From positions 7,378,001 through 7,442,000 of the forward strand of contig CM120642.1 in the NCBI GenBank assembly GCA_051362555.1: 64,000 nucleotides of DNA, given 5' to 3'. Made by a program: the position numbers and the translations under genes. Position 1 is the stretch's first letter. Each line of letters opens with the position of its first letter. Below, one piece after another: positions 50,401 to 62,593 of this stretch. The DNA comes from Lingula anatina. Taxonomy: Eukaryota > Animalia > Brachiopoda. The notes beneath the pieces were generated by a model. It was not told where the DNA came from. It made no database searches and worked only from the letters and a program-made list of their open reading frames with translations.

Positions 50401-50460
50401 GCCAAAAAGCCAGGGCAGCGAAAGAGATGCAGAAGCGAAAGGGCCCAACCGCAAAAATGA
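47458..50460 (+). CDS. 1000-aa PHD finger + vertnin-like OTU cysteine protease + MULE DDE transposase
   Basis: PHD CGDC..CESC..HKDC..WCKSC; OTU GDGSCLFNSVS...DHFVPL; MULE GVDRTFN, GSNEEKAL (N at the second D position), CSRH (CxxH), TNNACESMN; single uninterrupted ORF within TIRs. Confidence 0.85.
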   Translation: MPKRYPCGDCRKNTAYTVSILCESCNSWFHKDCQGLTEADFKALGQSRLGYWCKSCNSAPGGDYDFHQALVRLKGFAPNNLEEAVRQEGMFMKIFGVSTTHFQGSLHHFSAGEGLKVDSTAVDILVLCRGVPKGRKPIRVSGDGSCLFNSVSVALCGSERLANELRVRCSVEMFENERFYKLQHTDNYWEAMNADYNDARMDCVKGNESTGWTIHALSSVVGRPITSVYPPMNGLLDPAVGCMGQTFQPRLRLNNCMTPVVVMWSRCGGTGEGSGIWTTDHFVPLIECTNKEISSPVHDLEDPETPPQKRPRKDASSISMSPPETDSAPTDVIDISDDEKGDIVSIIDISDDENGDFVFTPDSNSEGGSDLPEMLGISITKFQTPETLLSIVCDPPKVESNIPRGIKENVYFVVNNSDNRKRHERGAKSQFTDDCGVWDSKRSSTKSSHYIHTEGRLKFVIEKEGSYGTIVRKAWTPLVPQPSPWEILTMKHHYSSLKRQSAFKRRITWLEKVPDSVKEKRPLSDSVAIAEYVGTWPQIVSVHGNVKKSKREYVKVPHQLKGRVKELVKDAPAREVYSKLVTEEPENAPRDLKQVQNIKYQRNRNEMPHQNRRNNADDIQHIQSMMMDHEMIQEIIQSKTTGKKQCKPPSIILYTEDQLEELRAICSGGKTSSCIGVDRTFNIGACYVTTVVYKNAKLIRQNTQQPPIFLGPIFLHWDGEFETYQRFFSHLQAKIGKDLVNNNDSAFTLAFSNLIVGSNEEKALTNALQMCFPNATFLLCSRHLEENMRRHLTQLNVHDREKQEIVRDVFGRQGLLISEDEYDFDNKVLNLQTKYETSAPAFGPYFSGLVPKLRQKVFIPSLHNKCVPYSWTNNACESMNNILKLSIKWKPQRLPELVDKLYQIVKLQSADARRAIYGCGNFELAPWMQRFRVANAAWATKSDTQKNMLYKKFIQHRSSSPGTHPIVSTDGKLKIPNTPTTAKKPGQRKRCRSERAQPQK

Positions 50461-50649
50461 AACCAAACTCGCGTAAAATGATGACTGTTTTAAATAGAAA
50501 GAAAAAGAGATAAAAGATATGGGTTACTTTAGCAGTTTCAATAAAAAGAACGCCAAATGATATTTTCCTTATGCTACGTGGTAGCAGTTTCCAAAATCAA
50601 ATCAAATAAATCAGAATGAAATAAATTGGAATAGAATAAAATAAAATAA

Positions 50650-50952
50650 ACGCGTAAAGTGATTTTTCCCCTTCTGCTACGTGGTGGGTTACCCTAGCAG
50701 TTTAAATAAAAAAAACGCGTAAAGATATTCTTCCTTCTGCTACGTGGTGGGTTACCCTAGCAGTTTAAATAAAAAGACGCGTAAAGATATTTTTCTTTCT
50801 GCTACGTGGTGGGTTACCCTAGCAGTTTAAATAAAAAGACGCGTAAAGATATTCTTCTTTCTGCTACGTGGTGGGTTACCCTAGCAGTTTAAATAAAAAG
50901 ACGTGTAAAGATATTCTTCCTTCTGCTACGTGGTGGGTTACCCTAGCAGTTA
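50650..50952. repeat. Five copies of a 62-bp hairpin-containing repeat between the convergent MULE genes
   Basis: ctgctacgtggtgggttaccctagcag at 50674, 50737, 50799, 50861, 50923. Confidence 0.9.
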
Positions 50953-51493
50953 CAATAATAATAAAAATAAACGCATAAGTGCGGCTCTACGACCAGTTTT
51001 ATGAAGTAATTGATATTTGGTATTTCTGACCAGGTATCGGTTTTAAATGATACTAATAAGTGAAGGGATTATCTTTCAGCAATTCCTTGATTGTGTTGCC
51101 TGCGTTTAGGGGGCGGGTTCTTTTCAGATTTGACATTCGGCCCATGTGAAAAGTCTGCGACACTACGACCCTGGACGATAGCTCAGATTGGTAATACGAC
51201 CTGGCTCCTACCAAATTGGAAGCAGATCACTAAGAGTACCCGGCAGTGGTACCAGGGTGCCTCCAAAAGTTGCCTCAGATCAATGAAGACTCATCTACAA
51301 TCAATAAACGGTCCTTTTCAGGACCACCCACTTATCTCAGGAAAGGCTTACAATATGTTCCAACCTACTGACTAGTTGAATGCCTGTCTACTAGGAATGC
51401 CTAGTATGTCCGTTTGAGCTTTAACTGTTGAACAAGTTGGTATAGCTTTTCGATAAATTTGGTGGCCCTGAAAAGGGCCTTTGAAAATTACCC

Positions 51494-52075
51494 TCAAAAT
51501 TGAGAGTTCGAAGAGACAAGGGCTCCCCGAAGACCATCCTCCTTAAAATACGAAGTGTTGGGCCTCCTGAGTCGCGTGTGACTCCAAAAGCGTACACCCT
51601 CTTCATGCAATAAAGCGTCTTTGACTAATGTATTGCATTTCTTGACCGCTTTCATAACGTTTTCATTTGTCCCGGGAGATAGCGGAAGTATCTCTCCAAC
51701 GATGACCTGCCTTACTCCGCATGCCTTCACTCTCCTGGCCAGGTGAAGGAGAACCTGAGCCAGGTCTTCAGGTGCCAGAGTTTTCTTCTTAGAGCTCCTA
51801 CGCCGTGGTGGCAGGAGATCATTCACCCCTAAGTGAATATAGACAATATCAGCTTTGGTTCTTCGTATGATGTCGAAGTGTTGACGGCTACGGTCAAAGT
51901 GCACGGCCGTCAACCCTCCGACACCATACAAGGTAACTTTCGCCGAGCGGAGACAGAATTGAGGATCCATATGTCGTCTACATTCACCTGGGGCTCGCAA
52001 ATGGTCGTCCCGCAACCGCCTGATGTGAGAGTCTCCTAAGATAAGAATACTCGGCCCGTCTTGCTTTCCAGACAT
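51494..52075 (-). CDS. SGNH/GDSL hydrolase-like protein, 193 aa, lacking the block-V His
   Basis: Block I ILILGDSH, block II GVGG, block III HLGVNDL, block V truncated to EDGL-RGALV. Confidence 0.8.
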   Translation of the reverse strand: MSGKQDGPSILILGDSHIRRLRDDHLRAPGECRRHMDPQFCLRSAKVTLYGVGGLTAVHFDRSRQHFDIIRRTKADIVYIHLGVNDLLPPRRRSSKKKTLAPEDLAQVLLHLARRVKACGVRQVIVGEILPLSPGTNENVMKAVKKCNTLVKDALLHEEGVRFWSHTRLRRPNTSYFKEDGLRGALVSSNSQF

Positions 52076-55000
52076 GGTTGGAATGATGGATAACCAACGG
52101 AGGACACTTGCTTTTTATGTATTCAGCACTCTTGGCTCCAAACATCATTGGCTCACGACCGAGGTACCCCTGATTGAAATCATCTTACCAGTCCGTAGAT
52201 GATCAAAGGTAAGTACGATCTGTTTGCCGGGGGCACGCGACGGGCGAACCCCTGATTGTTATCACTTTAACTTAACTCGAAGCTGGTCCTCGGCTGATCA
52301 AAGGTAATTAGCATAAAGTTACCGGAGGCACGCACCCGGCTTATCCCTGATTGTAATCACCTCACCTGTACCTTGATGATCAAAGGCAAGTAAAAATATA
52401 TATACCAGAGGCACACGGTCGACCAACGCCAATCAACTTATCTGCCTCCAGATGATAAAAGGTAATTAGAATTTTAGTTCTGCTTCAACGTTTACCGTTG
52501 GCACGCGACCGACCTACGTCAATCAACTTATCTGTCTTTGAATGATCAAAGGTAATTAGAATTTCAATTTTACTTTAAAGTATACCGGAGGCGCGCCTAG
52601 TCGGCGAATGTTTAAAAGGTCCACTAAAGTGGAATATTAAATTACCGGAAAAGTTCTATTCTATCCATAGTAGATATAAACATTCTTTATGTACGCTTAT
52701 AACCGTCCTTCATTCAATCATTCTAAAAACGAAGTAGGGTGAAACTATGGATTCGTAATATTCTTTTTATTTATTGAAATAACCACATTTAGATATAATA
52801 AGATAAGAGTTAATTTAGCCAATTATAAAATTCGGAAATCATTTTCCTTTCGGAGCAATGTACAGAGTAAAATAATAGAATAATACAATAAATAAATAAA
52901 CTTAGAATTTGGTTTTGAGATTAGATAAAAATGCGTCGCTGCACTTGGATAAAAGCTGTTAAAAAAACGTTACTGCTGTTAAAAGTGCACAAATGTGGCT
53001 TATATTTATACACGTACAGAGACCGTTTTTCCAATAAATCACCATCTTATGCTAAATTTCTAACTATTAGTTGGTTTTACAACTATTTCATACGGGAGGA
53101 CGCTTGTGTGCGGTATTTATTGCTTGTGGACGGTAATTAGTGCTTGTGGACGGTAGTGTTCGGTAGTGCTCGGTTGTGCTCGGTTGTCGACGGTAATTAG
53201 GCACACCCCGTCCCAACTGTGGTTTGTGAAAATGACGTTCAAGTGAACGTCTGTCCTCACTGCCAAAGGACATAATATTAATACATTAACGTTTGGACCC
53301 TCCTGCCCTTGGGTCCCATAAACATATACATTGTGACAGTGCCTACGCTTTGTGTCTGGTTTTAAATTTCTTAAAGTATTTTTTCTCTCACTCGGTATAA
53401 TTTTAATATTATAATGCATTTAATTAAAATTTTAGTCCAAGGTTGAGGCAATGCCACGACACGTCAGTTTACTGAATACTCGTTATAAATTTCTTTTTCT
53501 TGGAAATTTCCCTTTTTTTCAGGATTATTTGACACGTACTAACACTGTTCATATTTGTCGGTAAACAAGTGCACAGTGCTATACATTAAGAATAATTTTT
53601 ATTCATTCATAAATATATTTATGTACAAAATATATCAGAAATTTTAGTATTCACTGAGCTCTTTAAAGTGAAACAAATAAAGATGAGAATATTGAATTTC
53701 AAACTATTATTTACTATATTAACTTAAAATATCTTTTAAGTCAACTCTATACTCAAGCACTCTATACTCTATACTCATGAAAGTAGCATCTGTGAGTAAA
53801 ACCATTTTATTATATCAATAGAAGAACAAAAACAAAAATTTTACACATAAGCAGTAATAAATGAAGTCATAAGAATGATTAAGTTGCTACAGTTTTCCAG
53901 TTTTATGCAGTCTATGATGGCATTTTTTTCAACCGTGCAAATAGAAATAATTATATTCTTTTTTATCTGACTTGCTGATACCAGTCTGTGCCAGATACTA
54001 TTCCACTTACAGGCCAGCAAGGTCTGAGAATCTAATGGGCCGAATGAAAAAAAAATCCTAGAAGATAAAGTGGTTAATTCTTACAAATAGGATGAAAAAC
54101 ATAGGATTTTCAAAAGGTTATTATAGATCAAGACAACACTTAGTAAGAACATTTATAAAATGTAACAGCTGAAAAAATTAACTGGTAAGTAAGCAGTAAG
54201 TGACATCTTTAAAGAAATTTCACTGAAACAGAAATTTCACTGGCAATCAGGTAGACTGTTATACCATGGCACTCAACAATTTATATATAGGTTTTGAATT
54301 TTTTTCCACGTAACAGTAACATAAAATTTATGTCCACTTTTGCAATGTATAGAGTCAGTTAGGTGACTGAAAATATTTTAAAATGTCATAAAGGAGCACT
54401 ATTAATTTAATGCAATCTCTGTTGGCCAGTCTTATCCAGTTTCTTCTCCAAAAAGGACAACTCAAGTGAGAATTTCTTCAGGGCCTTTTCTTCTGCCTTG
54501 CTAATGCCATGCCACTCAGAAAAGAGAGAAACCTGTAGGTTAGAAAAAAAAACATAATAATAGCATTATGAACTACTAGTATCCATGTAGACATTATGGA
54601 ATTATGCAGTGAAGTTTAATGTGTCTTGTTATGACTTGACTGAAATAATGTTCACCACATAAATGAACAATTTACAACTAAATTTACATAGAACATCAAG
54701 ATTCATGATCACAAGCTAATAACCCCAAGAAATTGAAAGAAATTGTACTTATTACAAGAAATTATTTAAATCCGCCCTGGTCCCTACACTTCTGACAGGA
54801 CAAAAAGGGGATTTCAGAGAGGCTGGTTGCTAAAAGGAAAATGCCCAAGGTTGTTGTATTTTGAAAAAAAAAAATTAAAAAGGGTACTGTTGTTAGTGAA
54901 TGTTTAATGCATCTTAGGCATTATGACAAAAGTAACTTACCCCAGACACACTGACCTCCTTTTTTCATTGACATATTTTAATTTTTTCCAGCCTGACCAT

Positions 55001-58000
55001 AATTCATATATTCAATGCAGCCTTCTCCCATATCTATAATAGAAAAAAACTTGAGTAGTGTTAAGATACGCATGTCAAATTCATTATCAATTTTGAGAGA
55101 ATTTCTGTTTCAACACTATGAATGGTGAAATATAAGATGAAATATTTAATTTCAAGTAATGAATAAACCTTAATAGAGTTCTATTCTTTTGTAACCACCA
55201 AGGCAAAGCTTCTTTCTTAAAATGAACAGAAACATCCAAGCTTGCCACCTAACATGCCAAAGTAGTGAAGTATAATTTAAGTAGAGAAGCAAGTACCCCT
55301 TAATTATAGAGGTGTCTTACACAATAAGGTGTGTCTTACACACCTGGACTCAAAGAGAGATGTGTAGTGAGATAACAGGTAAAGTAATTGGTGGAGCCTA
55401 GGTGAACTTAAAACCTTAAGACTTTAAATTAAGAAGCACCAGGATTCATGTGTGTTCTTTTTTCAAAGGTTTAATATGAATTAAAACATATATATGTAAA
55501 AAGAAGACTAAATAAGTTAAAAATAACTAATACCAAAGACACTGTGAAGTCAAACTTCCTGTTAGACCGCCATGATGGAAAATGCTGGGTGGAGGCAAAA
55601 TTTTCCAGTCAAAAAAACTGAACACTTTACTTTAACAACAAAGTTACCACTCCAAAGCCACCCACCATGGTGGGAAGAAAAATGATGACCAACTGTCATG
55701 ATAAGTCTTTTTAGATTTAGACATGAAAAAGGTAAAGGCCAAAATGGTACATTTACCCATAACACTAGAGTAAAAAATTGGTATTCTGAACAAATCGGGT
55801 TATTTTTTTCAAGAAATATTGGAGCAGTATCCATGCAATATATACCACGCCACGACCAAGATGTTCAAGAATCTAAACACACCAAATTTTTTTATAATCT
55901 TGCATTTGAAAAGTACAAAAAGCGGTAAGGCTTTTGGCCGTAACAAGCGTAACACTTTTTGATCGGAACTCTTGAAAATTGTCAATTGTCGTATCCAAGC
56001 TAGACCACATGTAAAATCGCAAAAAAAAAAAAAACAATACTGCTCAAGCAAGTGTGTTGCACACATAACAATTAGTTAAATTTTATGACTTTCATGTGAC
56101 ACAAGTTTCAAAAAGTAGGAGGAAAATGTCTTTTGGAGTAATTTTTTTCGAAATATTAACAAGGCGGCTTAAGCATCTGCTTGTTATTCGGCTACTGAAA
56201 GTGCACCTAAGTTTTATTCTTTGCTATTGCCACAAATTACTTAACAATTGCAACTGTATAAAGACCAAACTTTCTTCATCTGATACTATATTTATAGGCA
56301 CTTGTTATGAGTGGGAAATATTTTTCGTGCAATATTTATTCTCCACACACCACCTCGCGAGATCAACGTGTAGCTGGACACTTACACAGTGAGACCCTAC
56401 GACATAAAAGTTGCAATTTATCTTCATATTTCGTGTAGTTATGCATTTAAAAGCACTTACCTGTTTTTTGAAAACCTTGTCCAACGTAATATCATATAAA
56501 TTCTGTATTTCTCTCATTTTTTAGAAACTTGGGACTCCGTTTCTGTTTCTGTCCTCAAAAATCAACAGACGAAGGCACAGATACTAACAAACGAGATTTA
56601 AACGAGAGTAGCAATTAAGCGTAACAGAGATAGGCATCCATTGTTCTCTGGGTTCTATTCATTCCGACCAATGAGAGACCGTAATACGGGCTCCGCCCCC
56701 ACGCGTGTAATCTCCTTCTGTTATAACTCCTTGTTCGGACATAGCCAATGATGTTTTGTAAATAAGAACTTGCAAACTTATATATTAATTTAGAAAAGTA
56801 GACCTAATTTTGATAGCGGAAGCATATTCTGTCGGGGGTTTTAAATATTTTCATGACTACCGGGATGGACGAGATTGAGGGCAGGGGTAATCCTAGAGAG
56901 GGGTGAGAAACGTCCATTGTTCTCGTCAGCGAGGCTGTCCTTTTTCAGGGTTTGTACGCACGGACAGAAAACTTAAGTATTGTGGGAACGTTACTAATGA
57001 AGCCACTGGTAGTACTAGTAGATATCAGCCTGTAGTCTTGAACAAGCGCCTCGATGACGAGTGAACAGTTGTCAAAAACAAAAGACCCAGGTGTGGAAGT
57101 TCAACTACTGTTCATGCGTGCCGCAACGACCAAATCCAATTGCTCCTCAAGGTCACAAAACAATAACCGGTACTGACGGCTCGGCTCGTCTTAATCATAT
57201 AAGTAGCGCGTTTCCACCCCCTGATTGAGGGAGTCGTCTGTTGTATTCATACGACTCCTACTTGACGAAAACGAGGCGCGATACCCGGATGACAGGTAGG
57301 CGTACAGAATTTGTGATAGGGTATGATACTCTTTTATGCGATCTGACACACACCTTGAAAACGGATAGTGTGATCAGATATACCGGTTTATTCTGGACCC
57401 GTAGGTGCCGAGTCTGGTAGTTGGGAAGGCCTGTTTTTGATACTTGTGTCACATGACAGTCATACAATTTAACTAATTGGTGTGTGTGCAATACATTTTC
57501 TTGAGCAGTATTGTTGGTTTTTTCGATTTTACATGTGGTGTAGCTTGAATACGACAAGGGACAATTTTCACGAGTCCGGATCAAAAAGTGTTACGCTCGT
57601 TACGGCCAAAAGCCTGAACGTTTTTTGCACTTTTCAAATGCGTGATTATAAAAGATTTTGGTGTGTTTAGATTCTTGAACATCTTGGTCGTGGCTTGGTA
57701 TATATTGCATGGGTATTGCTCCAATATTTCTTGAAAAAAATAACCTGTTTTGTTCAGAATAACAATTTTTTACTTTAGTGTTATGGGTAAATGTACCATT
57801 TTTGCCTTTACCTTTTTCGTGTTTAAAACTAAGAAGACTTATCATGACAGTTGGTCATCATTTTTCTTCTCACCATGGTGGGTGGCTTTGGAGTAGTATC
57901 TTTGTTGTTAAAGTAAGGTGCTCAGTTATTTTGTCTGGAAAAGTTTTGCCTCCACCCAGCATTTTCCATCATGGCGGTCTAACGGGAAGTTTGACTTCAC

Positions 58001-59546
58001 AGTGTCTTTGGTATAGTTATTTTAAACTTATTTAGTCTTCTTTTTACATATATATGTTTTAATTCATATTAAACCTTTGAAAAAAGAACACACATGAATC
58101 CTGGTGCTTCTTAATTTAAAGTCTTAAGGTTTTAAGTTCACCTAGGCTCCACCAATTATTTTACCTGTTATCTCACTACACAGCTCCCTTTGAGTCAAGG
58201 TGTGTAAGACACACCTTATTGTGTAAGACACCTCTATAATTAAGGGGTACTTGCTTCTCTACTTTAATTACACTTCAATACTTTGGCATGCTAGGTGGCA
58301 AGCTTGGATGTTTCAGTTCATTTTAAGAAAGAAGCTTTGCCTTGGTGGATACAAAAGAATAGAACTCTATTAAGGTTTATTCATTACTTGAAATTAAATA
58401 TTTCATCTTGCAGTGTTAAAACAGAAATTCTCTCAAAATTGATAATGAATTTTACATGCTTATCTTAACATTACTCAAGTTTTTTTCTTCTATTATAGAT
58501 ATGGGAGAAGGCTGCATTGAATATATGAATTATGGTCAGTCTGGAAAAAGTGAAAAAATGTCAATGAAAAAAGAGGTCAGCGTGTCTGGGGTAAGTTACT
58601 TTTGTCATAATGCCTACGATGCATTAAACATTCACTAACAACAGTACTCTTTTTAATTATTTTTCAAAATACAACAACCTTGGGCATTTTCCTTTTAGCA
58701 ATCAGCCTCTCTGAAATCCCCTTTATGTCCTGTCAGAAGAGTAGGAACCAGGGTGGATTTAAATAATTTCTTGTAATAAGTACAATTTCTTTCAATTTCT
58801 TGGGGTTATTAGCTTGTGATCATGAATCTTGATATTCTTTATAAATTTTGTTGTAAATTGTTCATGTATGTGGTGAACATTATTTCAGTCAAGTCATAAC
58901 AATACACATTAAACTTCACTGCGTAATTCCATAATGTCTACATGGATACTTGTAGTTCATAGTGCTATTATTATGTTTTTTTTCTAACATACAGGTTTCT
59001 CTCTTTTCTGAGTGGCATGGCATTGGCAGGCAGAAGAAAAGGCCCTGAAGAAATTCTCACTTGAGTTGTCCTTTTTGGAGAAGAAACTGGAAAAGAGTGG
59101 CCAACAGAGATTGCATTAAATTAATAGTGCTCCTTCATGACATTTTAAAATATTTTCAGTCACCTCACTGACTCTATACATTTCAAAAGTTGACATAAAT
59201 TTTATGTTACTGTCACGTGGAAAAAAAATCAAAACCTATATATAATTTGTTGAGTGCCATGGTATAACAGTCTAGTTGATTGCCAGTTAAATTTGGACTG
59301 TTTCAGTGAAATTTCTTTAAAGCAGTCACTTACTGGCCCAGTTAATTTTTTCAGCTGTAACATGTACTCCAGTTCATTTTATAAATGTTCTTTAATACTA
59401 AGTGTTGTCTTGATTTATAATAACCTTTTGAAAATCCCATGTTTTTTATCCTATTTGTAAGAATTAGCCACTTTATCTTCTAGGGTTTTTTTTTTCATTC
59501 AGCCCATTAGATTCTCAGACCTTGCTGGCCTGTGAGTGGAATAGTA

Positions 59547-59631
59547 ATAATAATAATTTTATTAACGTCTCACGTTTTAAATAGATAAAACCCACCCTAC
59601 TAAGGGTTATGAGAGACTAAAACCTATACTA
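59547..59631 (-). mobile_element. Tiny retro-type insertion in outer X
   Basis: Absent from inner X; TSD aatagta; (taa)n tail. Confidence 0.6.
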
Positions 59632-62043
59632 AATAGTATCTGGCACAGACTGGTATCATAGCAAGTCAGATAAAAAAATATATATAATTATTTCTATTTG
59701 CACGGTTGAAATAAATGTCAACATAGACTGCATAAAACTGAAAAACTATAGCAACTTAATCATTCTTATGACTTAATTAATTACTGCTTATGTGTAAAAT
59801 TTTGTTTTTGTTCTTCTATTGATATAATAAAATGGTTTTACTCACAGATGCTACTATCATGATGCTTGAGTATAGAGTTGACTTAAAAGATATTTTAAGT
59901 TAATATAGTAAATAATAGTTTGAAATTCAAAATTCTCTTCTTTATTTGTTTCACTTTAAAGAGCTCAGTTAATACTAAAATTTCTGATATATTTTGTACA
60001 TAAATATATTTATGAATGAATAAAAATTATTCTAAATGTTTAGCACTGTGTACTACTTTACCGACAAATATGAAGTGTTAGTGTGTGAAATCCTGAAAAA
60101 AAGGGAGATTTCCAAGATAAAGAAATTTATAACGAGTATTTAGTAAACTGACATGTCGTGGCATTGCCTCAACCTTTGATTAAAATTTCACTTTAATGCA
60201 TTATGATATTAAAATTATACCGAGTGAGAGAAAAAAATACTTAAAGAAATTTAATACCTACCACAAAGCTTAGGCACTGTCTCAATGTATATGTTTATGG
60301 GACCCAAGGGCAGGAGGGTCCAAACGTTTATGTATTAATATTATGTTCTTTGGCAGTGAGACGTTCACTTGAATGTCATTTTCACAAACCACAGTTGGGA
60401 CGTTTTCTTTTGACTTATCCTTGGTGATTTTTCACTGTGTTGTGCAAAAGAAAAGCCATCTATCACCGACTCAAAAAAACTCATGGCGACCATCCTCAGT
60501 CACCACCTTATAATCGCTTTCTATGATATCGTTCCCTCCCAGCACATCGGCCAAATAGGGAAGTTTGGCGTAGTCAAACGTTTATGGCCTCTTTGCAACC
60601 CCACAATTTGAAATGTGTGCACTATTTGTCTGGAATTATAATTTAAATGTTGATACTTCTGGCGCACACTAAGTTTATATCATCTATCAACATTATTCAA
60701 TGTTTATCAGTAATACGCTTTATTTCTTTTTATTAATGTGACTTCCAATAAAAGCGGCCATCATCGGCCAAATTTCAAACATCACACTTGAGTCTGTTAC
60801 ATTACTAACGCGGACATATCCTAATTCTTACATCAACTTAGATCAAGGAGACATAAAACTACCTGTAAAAAAATCGTCAGCATACAGCGCCGCTTTGACA
60901 CTACTGATCTCGAATTCTAACGCGAAATAACGCATATAAAATCAATCTCCAAGCGGAGGAGAGCGACCCAGACGAAACCTTGAGACAGGAGGCCCCCTAT
61001 AGCTAGCTCCGCCCACCGTAACAGACATCGGACAATAGAGAGGCTTGCGTGTAATGTTATAACTCCTTGATTTAGGTGAGCCTGCATTACGTCTGGGGTT
61101 TTTACGTGGAAGAGCACCTGTTATCACCTAGCTTTTTCTATTATTGATTTGATCAGTGCTGGACTGCATAACTTCCTGTTCACCTTTAGTTTGTGGAGAC
61201 TGATTATCTTGGAAACACAATTCACGAGTCTGACCCCCTGAATAACTATTCTCCCACACCGACTGGGGCACATTTTAAGAGTGCGTTTCCTTATTTCGTC
61301 CCACGGAATCATGTATTTGATCAACATGCCTGCGCCAAGTACCATTTTCTACCTGTACTCGATATGACACTGGTCCGGTTTTCTCAGTAATAACCCCCGG
61401 AACCCACTTTGCATAAGCGCTCGCACGGTAATCGCCAACATCCACATGTCGTCCGGGCTTAAAGTCACGCAGCACACTCGATCTGCGACTCGCCACGTCC
61501 ACCTGTTTGTTTCGAACGCGTTGGTCAATGCTAGGTTTGATTAAGTCTAAACGAGACTGTAATTTCCGACCTAAAAACAGGTGTGCGGGAGTTTCACCTG
61601 TTGTGGCATGGGGTGCATTTCTGTATGCATTTCTCATCGGTTCATTTTCCTTCCGACTATAGCCTTCATAGCGGCCTTAAAAGACTGCACAAAGCGCTCA
61701 GCTAGCCCATTCGAGCTTGGGTGATACGGTGCACTCTTCACATGTTTAATGCCGTTCACCTTTATAAAATCGGCAAACTCCTCTGAGGAGAATTGCCGCC
61801 CATTGTCACTGAACAAGACATTGGGTACTCCGTTACATGAAAATATCTCGCGCATGACCTCGATGGTCTTTCCGGCTGTGGTCTCTCGCATCGGTACCAC
61901 TTCAGTCCATTTCGAATGCGCGTCTACCACAATCAGAAACATCGAGTTCAAAAATGGGCCTGCAAAATACACGTGTATGCGCTCCCATGGTCTACCAGGC
62001 CATTCCCAAGGGTGAATCGGAGTTGCCGCTGGGGAACGTTTTG

Positions 62044-62593
62044 TTAAGTCCCAAACTTCGTCAGTCAGACTTTACGTGAAAATAATGTTACTTTAGATAA
62101 CGCGCCGGTTCTTGGGCCTTAGTGTTGTGCGCCCAGCTGATCCAATAAAACGAACAAGATTCTCATTCGACACAAATGGAAATTTAATACTGTCTTTTGG
62201 AAAATATACAGAGTTTTCTTCTACATAGTAACGGTCAGTCCAAAATGTATAATGATATCGCCAGAGCCAAAATACGATATGAAATAACCTTAAAACAGGG
62301 CAGCCTTTATAGATCATTCAGGAATTTTAATAACCAGGAAGAAATAACACTTGACTGAGCGCAGTCCCTTTGTCTCAGGCTCTACCACAACTCAGTCACC
62401 GTGTTCCCTGGATCATCATTATCCGCCCTAGCCTTCAAAGGCATCTAAATTTTATCTCGTGCCATGTGCCCCGGTCACGATCATTCCTGAATGTCTATTG
62501 ACTGCCCCCTTCTAAGCTTATCTTAGGATATGAATATTATTTTAATTAATTATTTATATCAATTATAAAATACCCGAAGTGGTATTTTACACC
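62044..62593. mobile_element. Unclassified 550-bp insertion splitting the Gypsy integrase zinc finger from the core
   Basis: KSCEGCREH|KRSPAATPIHPWEWP rejoins across it. Confidence 0.7.

Larger units (their letters stand above)
45042..53208 (+). mobile_element. Mutator-like (MULE) DNA transposon, 8167 bp, with two convergent genes
   Basis: About 190-bp TIRs with internal 10/20-bp repeats (taattaccgt, accgagcac); 9-bp TSD cgtcccaac at 45033 and 53209; empty site in outer X near 60395. Confidence 0.92.
44658..56733 (-). mobile_element. TIR element X, inner copy in opposite orientation
   Basis: Same TIRs; 7-bp TSD ttcggac at 44651 and 56734; body is the reverse complement of the outer copy. 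Confidence 0.85.
44385..57433. mobile_element. TIR element Y (about 1 kb without inserts; about 110-bp TIRs)
   Basis: TIR caggccttcccaactaccagactcggcacctacgggtccagaa; 5-bp TSD TTTTT; the empty site is visible in the other X copy near 56110. Confidence 0.85.
43759..61069 (+). mobile_element. TIR element X, outer copy (non-autonomous, possibly P-superfamily)
   Basis: TIR caaggagttataac(agaaggag)attacacgc; perfect 7-bp TSD atttagg at 43752 and 61070. Confidence 0.85.

Noticed and set aside
50650-50952. CRISPR-like array of palindromic repeats
   Set aside because: Intervening sequences are near-identical rather than unique spacers; eukaryotic context; no cas genes
53218-60400. Assembly fold-back artefact
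   Set aside because: Arms differ by many substitutions and private insertions, and each copy has its own TSD
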